From an uncultured Gemmatimonadaceae bacterium (lineage in GTDB: Bacteria > Gemmatimonadota > Gemmatimonadetes > Gemmatimonadales > Gemmatimonadaceae), in the NCBI GenBank assembly GCA_963822945.1, contig CAWGJO010000022.1, positions 1 through 64,000 on the forward strand: 64,000 nt of DNA, in the 5' to 3' direction. The position numbers and the translations under genes are program-made. The notes under the pieces were generated by a model. That model worked only from the letters and a program-made list of their open reading frames with translations. It was not told the DNA's origin and did not search any database. This document shows positions 20,969 to 28,853 of this stretch, one piece after another (positions within the stretch are counted from its first letter, which is position 1; every line of letters starts with the position of its first letter).

Positions 20969-21680
20969 GCGATTGCGATTGTGGACGTGGGGTCTGAGCG
21001 GGCTGCTGGCGCTCACGGCGTGCAGCGGGGCGGCCGAGCGCCGCCCGTCCGTCCAGACGAAGGATAGCACGGGGGCCGGTGGGGCGGTGGCCGCGCCGCC
21101 CGCGGCGCAGGCGCGCGATGCGCACACCGTGCTCTTCGTCGGCACCAGCCTCACCGCCGGACTCGGGCTCGACCCCGACAGCGCCTACCCGGCGCTCATC
21201 CAGCGCAAGATCGACTCGGCCGGGTTGCCCTTCCGCGTGGTCAACGCCGGGGTGAGCGGCGAGACATCGGCCGGCGCCCTGCGGCGGATGGACTGGCTGC
21301 TCCGCCAGCCCTTCGACGTGATGGTGCTCGAGACGGGCGCCAACGACGGGCTGCGCGGCACGCCCGTCACCGAAACGCGCGCGAACATCCAGGCCATCAT
21401 CGACACCGTGCGGCGTCGGCGCCCGCAGGCGCGGATCGTCCTGGTGCAGATGGAGGCGCTGCCCAACCTCGGACAACGCTACACGCGCGCCTTCCACGCG
21501 ACCTTCCCGCTGCTCGCCCGGGAGAATCAGCTGGTGCTGCTGCCGTTCCTGCTCGACGGCGTGGCCGGCCACCCGTCACTGAATCAGGGGGACGGCATGC
21601 ACCCGAACGACGCGGGCGAGAAGATCGTGGCAGAGAACGTGTGGCGCGGGCTGAAGCCCGTGCTCGAGAGCGACAAGTGA
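20967..21680 (+). CDS. tesA: SGNH/GDSL arylesterase (TesA-like), probable lipoprotein
   Basis: LTAC lipobox; FVGTSLTAG, NAGVSGETS, ETGANDGLRG, DGMHPN. Confidence 0.88.
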   Translation: MRLRLWTWGLSGLLALTACSGAAERRPSVQTKDSTGAGGAVAAPPAAQARDAHTVLFVGTSLTAGLGLDPDSAYPALIQRKIDSAGLPFRVVNAGVSGETSAGALRRMDWLLRQPFDVMVLETGANDGLRGTPVTETRANIQAIIDTVRRRRPQARIVLVQMEALPNLGQRYTRAFHATFPLLARENQLVLLPFLLDGVAGHPSLNQGDGMHPNDAGEKIVAENVWRGLKPVLESDK

Positions 21681-21705
21681 AGGGAGCCGGGTGAGCGTTC
21701 GCCCG

Positions 21706-23440
21706 TCACCGTCCCCCGTTCACGTTCCACGTCACCTGCTGCACGGCGTCGTCTCCCAACACGGCCGAGGTTGACGCCAGCGTGGAATCTCCCCGCACGA
21801 GGTGCAGTGCCAGCTTCGCCCCGAAGGGGACGCGGCAGACGATGAACCGGCCGTCGTTCGACGGCGTCACCTCGATCGTGCCGCTGGTCTGCGGCGTGGA
21901 ATTGCCGGCTTCCACGTACGTCCAGCTCACGGCGAGGTTGGTGCCGGGGCCAAGCCGGCCCGAAGCGGCGGTGACCGTGCCGAGCACTACCGCCGAATGG
22001 GACGGCGTGGAGGCGTCGTCGTCGCAGAGACGGCTCACGGCCCGCGCCCGCGCCCGCATCGCGATGGTTCCCACGCGCAGCGTGTCGCGGCCCACAGCAA
22101 TCGTTTGCTGGGCGCGGCGCGGGTCGATGAACGGGGCGTAGGCCGAGTCGACCACGTCCAGTCCGTATCGCCCGGGCACCACGGGCGACAGCACGAATCG
22201 GCCGGAGCCGTCGGTCTCCGCGGCGCTCTGCGTCCCGTCGAGCCCGACGCGGACCCCGGCGAGTGGACGTCCGTCCGGATCGCGCACGAGCCCGGTGACC
22301 ACGCCGAGCGAACTCTCGGCGTGGGAGCCGTCGGGCCAGTGGGCCGACAGCACCTCGCCGCCGATCTCGCGCCACTGGACCACGTGCGTATCGTGGTACC
22401 CGGGGCTGGACGCGAGGCTTCCGCCCGCGTCGGCCCGGGGAGGCGCGCCCCGGCGTGGTGCTCGCCGCCATGGCCGGCAGTTGCATGTCCCAGCGCTCGA
22501 TGTAGACCAGGCCGTTGGCCATGGTGCGGAACACCAGCGTGCCGCCCGTGCCCGCTTCGCGGTACGCGGGGTCGAGGCCCGTGTACGCGAAATCGAGCGT
22601 TCGCAGGGCCGGGTGGTCGCTCTCGATCCAGAGCGTGCCGTCCACGTCCACGAATCCCTCGGGTCGGCCACCCGGCGATGGCTCGAAGGAGAGCCCCACC
22701 TGTCTCGGATGCGCCGCGTCGCGCACGATCCCGAAGCAGTGCGTCGTCGCGAACTTCTCGTCGAGCAGGACGTCGGCATCGGGCGCAAGAAGGTGAGCGA
22801 GGACCCGTCACGCGCCATGTAGCCCTGGCGGGCGAATTCGGTTGCTTCACGCGACGCGACGAAGGGGCGCGCGGTGCGTGCCGCGCGGTGATGCGCGTGG
22901 ACTGCTTGACCACGAGACGGGAGTCGGGGTCCTCGTCGGTGACGAACTCGATGACCGTCATGTTGCCCGGCTTGGCCTGGCGGGCGACCACCGCGGCGAG
23001 CAGGCCGGCACGCGCCTGTTCCCAGAGGGCCAATGCGCCGCTCTGGTCGTCGCTGCCCGGACAGATGGCGCGGTCGGAGACGTGCACCCGGGTGAGCAGG
23101 GCGGGCAAGCTGAGCATCCGGATCTCCAGGCGGCGGCGCGGCGCTCCGCGGAGGCCGGGATCGCGACGGTCCGTGGCTGGAACCCGATGCGAATGACGCG
23201 AAGGCGGGCCGGCCCTTCGGGGACTTCGACGGAGAAGCGCCCGGACTCGTCGGCTGATGGTGCGCATGCCGGGCTGGCCCGGCCGAGTCGAAGGCCGCGA
23301 TCACGGCGCCGGGGACGGCGAGGTCCGCTGACGCTGTCTCGCACGACGCCGGTCACCCGCTGTGCGCCGAGCGTAGCGGCGGCGAACAGGGGGAGGAGGG
23401 AGAGCAGGGAGAGCCGGGTGGTACGGCCGAGCAATCGCAT
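21706..23440 (-). CDS. Secreted protein with carboxypeptidase-regulatory-like domains; several frameshifts
   Basis: Signal peptide plus QRVTGVVRDS...DESGRFS...RLRVIRIGFQP; VDVDGTLWI...LRTLDFAYT; VVTGLVRDPDGRPLAGVRV...TDGSGRF...PGRY, spread over different frames. Confidence 0.7.
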
Positions 23441-23486
23441 GGAGAACAGCGCCTCCTGAGCGTCGTCTTCAGAAGATTGCACGGGG

Positions 23487-23616
23487 GCCGGGAGAGGGGG
23501 TTAAACGTTCATTAACTCTCGGCGCTGTCGACTGATGACCGTCGACGGGGGACTCTCGCCCCGTGGTCGCAGAGTCGGAGCGTCGGAGAGCCACACCCCC
23601 CAGTTGACCGTCCGGC
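23487..23616 (+). ncRNA. Candidate rod-like structured RNA (6S-like or efp leader); unconfirmed
   Basis: Nested complementary helices with three G-U pairs on the + strand and an AT-rich asymmetric bubble. Confidence 0.3.
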
Positions 23617-23633
23617 GATCGATAGCCTAAATT
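23604..23633 (+). promoter_or_regulatory. Possible sigma70 promoter for efp (TTGACC-N18-TAAATT)
   Basis: Near-consensus hexamers ending 45 nt upstream of the efp ATG. Confidence 0.4.
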
Positions 23634-23678
23634 GCAAGGCTATCTACATTTACCACCAGATCTTAAGGATTTCACGAC

Positions 23679-24242
23679 ATGGCGATTCCCGCGACTCAGA
23701 TTCGGCGCGGCATGGTGCTGGTGTTCAATGGCGACCCGTGCCGGGTGGTCGAATTCCGCCACCATACCCCCGGGAACCTGCGGGCCATGGTGCAGGCCAA
23801 GCTGAAGAACCTCCGTACCGGATCGGGGTTCGAGCACCGCTTCCGGGCGGCCGATTCCATCGAGCCGGCCTCGATGGAGACGCACGAGCTGGAGTTCATG
23901 TACCAGGGTGGCGATCGCTACCACTTCATGAACACCGAGAATTACGACCAGTTGGAGATGGACGACGAGGCGCTGGGCGACGCGGCGCCGTGGATGCAGC
24001 CGGGCATGAAGATCATCGCCGAGTACTACAACGGCAGTCCGGTGGGCATCAAGCTGCCCAACTCGCTCGTTCTCGAAGTGGTCGAGACGGCGCCGGTGAT
24101 GAAGACGGCCACCAAGACGTCGTCGCCCAAGCCGGCGAAGCTCGAGAATGGGGTCACGGTGAACGTTCCGGAGTTCGTGGGCACGGGGGACAAGGTCAAA
24201 GTGAACCCGACCACGGGTGAATATCAGGAGCGCGCGAAGTAG
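23679..24242 (+). CDS. efp: Translation elongation factor P
   Basis: HHTPGNLRAMVQAKLKNLRTG, YHFMNTENYDQ, KPAKLENGVTVNVPEFV...Y.ERA. Confidence 0.95.
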   Translation: MAIPATQIRRGMVLVFNGDPCRVVEFRHHTPGNLRAMVQAKLKNLRTGSGFEHRFRAADSIEPASMETHELEFMYQGGDRYHFMNTENYDQLEMDDEALGDAAPWMQPGMKIIAEYYNGSPVGIKLPNSLVLEVVETAPVMKTATKTSSPKPAKLENGVTVNVPEFVGTGDKVKVNPTTGEYQERAK

Positions 24243-24278
24243 CGGTCGTCGGCTCCCGGAATTGGCCGGAACGTGCAG

Positions 24279-24307
24279 TTGATACGGTGTCTTGCGGCGG
24301 TTAAAAT
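24279..24307 (+). promoter_or_regulatory. sigma70 promoter of the tRNA cluster (TTGATA-N17-TAAAAT)
   Basis: 5/6 and 5/6 consensus matches with a 17-nt spacer, upstream of tRNA-His. Confidence 0.75.
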
Positions 24308-24359
24308 GCTAGTCTGTCGCACCACGCGTGGGGCGATCGGACGCGCGAGCGTCCACCAT

Positions 24360-24434
24360 GGTGGCTGTAGCTCAATTGGTTAGAGCACCGGACTGTGGCT
24401 CCGGGGGTTGCGGGTTCAATTCCCGTCAGTCACC
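24360..24434 (+). tRNA. tRNA-His (GTG), with encoded G-1
   Basis: Acceptor GTGGCTG/CAGTCAC, anticodon arm CCGGA-CTGTGGC-TCCGG, T loop GTTCAAT. Confidence 0.95.
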
Positions 24435-24438
24435 CTAA

Positions 24439-24503
24439 CAGCAGTCGACAGTCTGCAGTTCGCAGTGCGCAGCCGTGACTGCCAACTGATGACTGCCAAC
24501 TGG
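24439..24503. repeat. Degenerate heptamer repeats (CAGTnnn)n followed by inverted (nnnACTG)n
   Basis: cagtcga cagtctg cagttcg cagtgcg cagccg, then tgactg ccaactg atgactg ccaactg. Confidence 0.6.
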
Positions 24504-24515
24504 AACCTGTCGTTT

Positions 24516-24588
24516 AGGTCGGTAGCTCAATTGGTAGAGCACTGGTCTCCAAAACCAGCGGTTGGGGGTTCGATTCCCTCCCGGCCTG
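24516..24588 (+). tRNA. tRNA-Trp (CCA)
   Basis: Acceptor AGGTCGG/CCGGCCT, anticodon arm CTGGT-CTCCAAA-ACCAG. Confidence 0.95.
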
Positions 24589-24701
24589 TACGATGTTTGA
24601 ATCCGCGAAGGACCGGCAGCACGGCAGGGCAGGAGCGCGCGGCATTGAGCGCGGGCTCGTGCCAGAGCACCACCGGCGGCGCGCCGCCGGCGAACACATG
24701 C

Positions 24702-24774
24702 GGCGGTATCGTCTAGGGGACTAGGACGGAGCCCTCTCAAGGCTCAAACACGGGTTCGAATCCCGTTACCGCTA
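24702..24774 (+). tRNA. tRNA-Glu (CTC)
   Basis: Acceptor GGCGGTA/TACCGCT, anticodon arm GAGCC-CTCTCAA-GGCTC. Confidence 0.93.
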
Positions 24775-24785
24775 CTGGAAACGGA

Positions 24786-24857
24786 GGCCCGTTCGTCTAT
24801 CGGTTAGGACGGCACCCTTTCACGGTGCAGAGAGGGGTTCGATTCCCCTACGGGCTA
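24786..24857 (+). tRNA. tRNA-Glu (TTC)
   Basis: Acceptor GGCCCGT/ACGGGCT, anticodon arm GCACC-CTTTCAC-GGTGC. Confidence 0.93.
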
Positions 24858-24877
24858 TCGGACTTCGGTAAATTGGC

Positions 24878-24911
24878 AGGTCGGTAGGTCGGTAGGTCGG
24901 TAGGTCGGTAG
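24878..24911. repeat. Perfect tandem repeat (AGGTCGGT)x4 plus AG
   Basis: Directly visible in the tRNA-Glu/tRNA-Asp spacer. Confidence 0.9.
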
Positions 24912-24981
24912 AAGCAGTGACTGTCAGCTCACCGCTGTCGGCTCACGGCTCAAAGCTTTTCGTTGTTGGTTGTCGTAGCAT

Positions 24982-25056
24982 GGGGCCGTAGCTCAGTTTG
25001 GTTAGAGCACTCGACTGTCACTCGAGAGGTCGCGGGTTCGAGCCCCGTCGGCCCCG
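24982..25056 (+). tRNA. tRNA-Asp (GTC)
   Basis: Acceptor GGGGCCG/CGGCCCC, anticodon arm CTCGA-CTGTCAC-TCGAG. Confidence 0.95.
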
Positions 25057-25065
25057 TAGTTGTAT

Positions 25066-25147
25066 GCCCTGGTGGTGAAATTGGTAGACACGCCATCTTG
25101 AGGGGGTGGTGCCGCAAGGCGTCGCGGTTCGAGTCCGCGCCAGGGCA
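25066..25147 (+). tRNA. tRNA-Leu (GAG)
   Basis: Acceptor GCCCTGG/CCAGGGC, anticodon arm CCATC-TTGAGGG-GGTGG, variable arm GCC-GCAA-GGC. Confidence 0.95.
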
Positions 25148-25174
25148 TGTCGGCGATCGCCTGGCGGTCGCTTC

Positions 25175-25246
25175 GCCAGCGTAGCTCAGTGGTAGAGCAC
25201 CCGATTCGTAATCGGGCGGTCGTCAGTTCAATCCTGACCGCTGGCT
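25175..25246 (+). tRNA. tRNA-Thr (CGT)
   Basis: Acceptor GCCAGCG/CGCTGGC, anticodon arm CCCGA-TTCGTAA-TCGGG. Confidence 0.95.
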
Positions 25247-25261
25247 CTCGATTCCAAGCAC

Positions 25262-25292
25262 AACGCCCCGCTCGTCATGCGAGCGGGGCGTT
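25262..25292. terminator. Intrinsic terminator hairpin, possibly bidirectional
   Basis: AACGCCCCGCTCG-TCATG-CGAGCGGGGCGTT, 13-bp perfect stem followed by CTCGTTT, between convergent units. Confidence 0.75.
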
Positions 25293-25317
25293 CTCGTTTC
25301 CGGGGGCCTGCGGCCGG

Positions 25318-25518
25318 CTAGAAGCCGGTCCGGCGGTGTCCGCGCGGGCCGCCGTCGCGCTTCCCCTTCGATCCAACGTTCGCGGTGATGGTTCGCACGG
25401 ACCCGTAGGTCGTGAGTCGCGGCCCCTCGTACGCGCCGCCGCGCGACCCGGGCACCGGCGTCGCATCCGGCGCACCGGTCGGTGCGGGAATCGGGCGATC
25501 TTCGATTGGGCCGGGCAT
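25318..25518 (-). CDS. Lasso-type RiPP precursor peptide (66 aa)
   Basis: MPGPIEDRPIPAPTGAPDATPVPGSRGGA-YEGPRLTTYGSVRTITA-NVGSKGKRDGGPRGHRRTGF: YxxPxLxxxGxxxxxT leader motif, Asp at core position 9. Confidence 0.7.
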   Translation of the reverse strand: MPGPIEDRPIPAPTGAPDATPVPGSRGGAYEGPRLTTYGSVRTITANVGSKGKRDGGPRGHRRTGF

Positions 25519-25528
25519 CTGGTGGTGG

Positions 25529-26068
25529 CTAAGCGCCCTGGGGACGGCTGTCCAGCGGCATCGACTGGCCGGGCGAGAGGTCGCGATGCAGCGCCGAGAG
25601 GTAGGCATCGAGATTCCCGGCATAGCCAAAGACGAACCGGGCGATCCCACGGCACATGGGGTGGATGATCTCCCCCCGCTCGGTGATCGTCACCCGCGTG
25701 CCGGCCCCCTCTTCCGTGAGTTCGTAGGTCCAAGTGCCCCCATACGTGAGGTTGCGGTCCCTGATCCGGACCACCAACCGCCGGGGTGGCGTCATCTCGT
25801 CGGTCTGGCAGGCGATGATGCCATGCAGGGCGTGCTCCCGCCACGCCGGGCGTCCGTCGACGGTGGTGAGCACATCCACCGCCTTCACGTCACGCCGCCA
25901 GCGCGGGTAGTCCGACACATTTGTGATCGCGGCCCAGACGCGGTGCAGGCTTGCGGGCACCACCGCCGATCGGGCGGTGATGCGCGTCTGGGGGAACAAA
26001 TAGCCGGCCGCGGCCGCCACGACGGTGAGCGCAATGAGCACGCCCGTGGCGACGATGATCCAGCGCAT
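25529..26068 (-). CDS. SRPBCC/START-fold (polyketide cyclase-like) protein with N-terminal TM
   Basis: MRWIIVATGVLIAL...VPASLHRVWAAITNVSDYPRWR...PPRRLV...YGGTWTYELTEEGAGTRVTITERGE. Confidence 0.8.
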   Translation of the reverse strand: MRWIIVATGVLIALTVVAAAAGYLFPQTRITARSAVVPASLHRVWAAITNVSDYPRWRRDVKAVDVLTTVDGRPAWREHALHGIIACQTDEMTPPRRLVVRIRDRNLTYGGTWTYELTEEGAGTRVTITERGEIIHPMCRGIARFVFGYAGNLDAYLSALHRDLSPGQSMPLDSRPQGA

Positions 26069-26207
26069 GGAGCCTCCGGGGGAAGAGACACCGCATCGCG
26101 TTGCACAAGTATTCCCCCTCACGGCCCGGACAGCAATACCTGAACCCGAACTGCCAGTTGGCCTTGGCCGGGTGGCCATGACATGTTTGGGTATCGTCGA
26201 GAGAGTG

Positions 26208-27101
26208 ATGACCGAGAAATTGCGTCGAATCCTCGTAGGAGTGGCCGCGGTCGGGGTGGTCGTGCTGGTGGTCGTGTGGATCACGCGGCCGGGCACGGCG
26301 ACGGCGGATCTTGCCATCGTGACGCGGGGGCCGCTCCAGGTGACGCTCGACGTGGACGGCGTGACGCGCGTGCTGCACCCCATCACCGTCCGTGCGCCCG
26401 TGTCGGGGCGACTGTTGTCGACCACCCTCGAGGCAGGTGAGGCCATCAGGCGCGGCGATCCGCTGTTCACCATCGTCGCGGGCCGCAATCCGTCGTCGGT
26501 GAGTGAGGCGGGGCGCGTGCAAGTCCGGGCGCCGCTGAGCGGCCGGGTCTTGCGCGTGCTGGAGGAGCACGAGCGGCTCGTCCGGGCGCGCACGCCGCTG
26601 ATGGTCGTGGGCGATCCGCGCGACGTGGAAGTCATCGCATCCGTGCCTTCGGCGAATGCCTCCGACGTGCAGGTGGGCGAGCAGATGGTCGTGCGCCGGG
26701 TGGACTCCGAGACGCCGCACTCCGCGTTCGTGACGCGGATCGATTCGGGCGCCGCGCCCGTTTCGGAAGCGGGACCGGTGTTCGTCCACGGCGAGTTCCG
26801 TTCTTCGCCGGGGGCGATGGGAGACGGCGCGCACGTGGCCGTCTCGATCGTGCTCTGGGAGGGTACCGACGTGCTCCGGATCCCGCGCACGGCGCTGGTC
26901 GCCGTCAAGGGTGGGTGGCAGGTGTTCCGCGTGCAGCGGGGACGGGCCAGGCCGGTGGCGGTGACGGTGGGCCACCGCGGCACCAGCCAGGCGGAGGTGG
27001 TGTCGGGTCTCGCAGAGGGAGACACCGTGGTGGCGCTCCCCACTGAGCAGGTCCGCGCCGGGACGTGGATCAAGGGTGTGGTGTACGGCCCCGGTTCCTG
27101 A
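26208..27101 (+). CDS. Efflux periplasmic adaptor (MFP/HlyD family) with almost no alpha-hairpin
   Basis: TM, VTRGPLQVTL, VRAPVSG...GDPLF...VRAPLSGRV lipoyl halves, LRIPRTAL, AEVVSGLAEGDTVV. Confidence 0.8.
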   Translation: MTEKLRRILVGVAAVGVVVLVVVWITRPGTATADLAIVTRGPLQVTLDVDGVTRVLHPITVRAPVSGRLLSTTLEAGEAIRRGDPLFTIVAGRNPSSVSEAGRVQVRAPLSGRVLRVLEEHERLVRARTPLMVVGDPRDVEVIASVPSANASDVQVGEQMVVRRVDSETPHSAFVTRIDSGAAPVSEAGPVFVHGEFRSSPGAMGDGAHVAVSIVLWEGTDVLRIPRTALVAVKGGWQVFRVQRGRARPVAVTVGHRGTSQAEVVSGLAEGDTVVALPTEQVRAGTWIKGVVYGPGS

Positions 27102-27145
27102 ATGGTTGGGAGGCGCGCACCGCGCGTAGCACGGGGACTCGCGCC

Positions 27146-27174
27146 TTGATTAGCCTCCGGGGGCGGTGTAGACT
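27146..27174 (+). promoter_or_regulatory. sigma70 promoter for tRNA-Gly (TTGATT-N17-TAGACT)
   Basis: Near-consensus hexamers, 17-nt spacer, 23 nt upstream of the tRNA. Confidence 0.6.
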
Positions 27175-27197
27175 TTGGCGGACAACGAGCAGGATTT

Positions 27198-27270
<73 letters not shown>

Positions 27271-27291
27271 CTGAACCAACCTGTTGACATC

Positions 27292-27330
27292 ACGCGCCTT
27301 GCCGCTCCGCGAGCGGCGGGCGCGTTCTGT
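27292..27330 (+). terminator. Probable terminator after tRNA-Gly
   Basis: ACGCGCC-T-TGCCGCTC-CGC-GAGCGGCG-GGCGCGT followed by TCTGT. Confidence 0.55.
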
Positions 27331-27407
27331 ATGCGCCGCGGTCGTTTGACATTCCCGTGACGGACCGGGAAACTGGAGGCGTCCGCCACCCGCCTCCAAC
27401 GCCGACC

Positions 27408-28559
27408 ATGCCCGTCATCACCAACATCGAAGACCTCCGCCGCCTGGCCCAACGTCGTGTGCCGCGGATGTTCTACGACTACGTCGCCTCCGGCAGCTGG
27501 ACGGAGAGCACCTTCCGCGCCAACGTCGACGACTTCCAGTCCATCAAGCTGCGGCAACGCGTGCTCGTGAATCTCGAGAACCGCAGCACCGCCACCACGA
27601 TGGCCGGCACGCCGGTGTCGATGCCGGTGGCGCTGGCCCCTACGGGGCTGGCCGGCATGCTGCACGCCGATGGCGAGATTCTCGCCGCCCGCGCCGCGGA
27701 GAAGTTCGGCGTGCCGTTCACGCTGAGCACGATGAGCATCTGCTCGATCGAAGACGTGGCCGCGCACACCAAGGCGCCGTTCTGGTTCCAGCTCTATGTG
27801 ATGCGTGATCGCGATTACATCGAGCGGCTGATCGGGAGGGCGACCGCGGCCAATTGCAGCGCGCTCGTGCTGACGGTGGACCTGCAGATTCTCGGCCAAC
27901 GTCACCGCGATCTGAAGAACGGGCTGTCGGTGCCACCGAGGTTCACGCCGGCCGGCATCGCGAACATGATGACCAAACCGCGGTGGTGCCTGGGCATGCT
28001 CGGCACGAGGCGCCACCACTTCGGCAACGTCATCGGCCACGTGAAAGGCGTGGAGAGCCTGCGCTCGCTGTCGGAATGGTCGGCCGGACAGCTCGACCCG
28101 AGGCTGAGCTGGCGCGACGTGGAGTGGATCCGCGGATTGTGGAAGGGCAAGCTGATTCTGAAGGGGATCCAGGACGTGGAGGACGCGAAGCACGCCGCCG
28201 ACTCGGGCGCCGACGCGCTGATCGTCAGCAACCACGGCGGCCGTCAGTTGGACGGCGCAGAGTCGAGCATCCGCGCGCTGCCGGCGATCGTCGAGGCGGT
28301 GGGCTCGCGCATCGAGGTGCACATGGACGGCGGCATCCGATCCGGGCAGGACGTGCTGAAGGCGTGGGCGCTCGGCGCGCGCGGCACCTACATCGGGCGC
28401 GCCTTCAACTACGGGCTGGGTGCCCTGGGCGAGGCCGGCGTGACGCGGGCGCTGGAGATCATCCACCGCGAGTTCGATCTCACGATGGCGTTCTGCGGCC
28501 GCACCCAGATCGCGCAGGTGGACCGCAGCGTACTCCTGCCCGGCAGTTACCCCGCCTGA
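27408..28559 (+). CDS. lldD: FMN-dependent alpha-hydroxy acid dehydrogenase (L-lactate dehydrogenase)
   Basis: FYDYVASG, ALAPTG, FWFQLY, LTVDL, LILKGI, SNHGGRQLDG, DGGIRSGQD. Confidence 0.9.
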   Translation: MPVITNIEDLRRLAQRRVPRMFYDYVASGSWTESTFRANVDDFQSIKLRQRVLVNLENRSTATTMAGTPVSMPVALAPTGLAGMLHADGEILAARAAEKFGVPFTLSTMSICSIEDVAAHTKAPFWFQLYVMRDRDYIERLIGRATAANCSALVLTVDLQILGQRHRDLKNGLSVPPRFTPAGIANMMTKPRWCLGMLGTRRHHFGNVIGHVKGVESLRSLSEWSAGQLDPRLSWRDVEWIRGLWKGKLILKGIQDVEDAKHAADSGADALIVSNHGGRQLDGAESSIRALPAIVEAVGSRIEVHMDGGIRSGQDVLKAWALGARGTYIGRAFNYGLGALGEAGVTRALEIIHREFDLTMAFCGRTQIAQVDRSVLLPGSYPA

Positions 28560-28568
28560 CCGGCGCGC

Positions 28569-28853
28569 CTACGCCGGCCGCCAGAACCGCACCGACCAGT
28601 CGTCGTCGGCCAGCGACTCCATGTGGTACACGAACCCCCGCTCCGACAGCATCCCGATGAGCGGAACGGGCGCCAGCGTCGCACGCACGTGAAGAACGTG
28701 GGTGGCCGGCAGCGCGTCCACGGCGGCCATGATCTTCGAGAAGGGCTCGCGGCCCGTACGGAGATCCTCGCGCACGTCCACTTCGGTGACGGGGGCGTCG
28801 GCGGGGAACTCGACGAACGCTCCGTCCGGCGTGACTGCGTAGATCCGACTCAT
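28569..28853 (-). CDS. DUF2249 domain protein (94 aa)
   Basis: EVDVREDLRTGREPFSKIMAAVDAL...APVPLIGMLSERGF...W.VRF; 4-nt overlap with the upstream gene. Confidence 0.8.
   Translation of the reverse strand: MSRIYAVTPDGAFVEFPADAPVTEVDVREDLRTGREPFSKIMAAVDALPATHVLHVRATLAPVPLIGMLSERGFVYHMESLADDDWSVRFWRPA

Noticed and set aside
24435..24960. Spacer repeats as a CRISPR array
   Set aside because: Units are 7-8 bp with no unique spacers, and no cas genes were seen.
27374..27398. Hairpin TGGAGGCG-N9-CGCCTCCA as an RBS-sequestering switch for lldD
   Set aside because: The GGAGG is about 30 nt from the likely ATG, too far to be its RBS; no aptamer is recognisable.
27408..28559. lldD as part of the neighbouring DUF2249/DUF542 cluster
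   Set aside because: It is convergent with the cluster, and I saw no GTGAC-N4-GTCAC site upstream of it; adjacency only.
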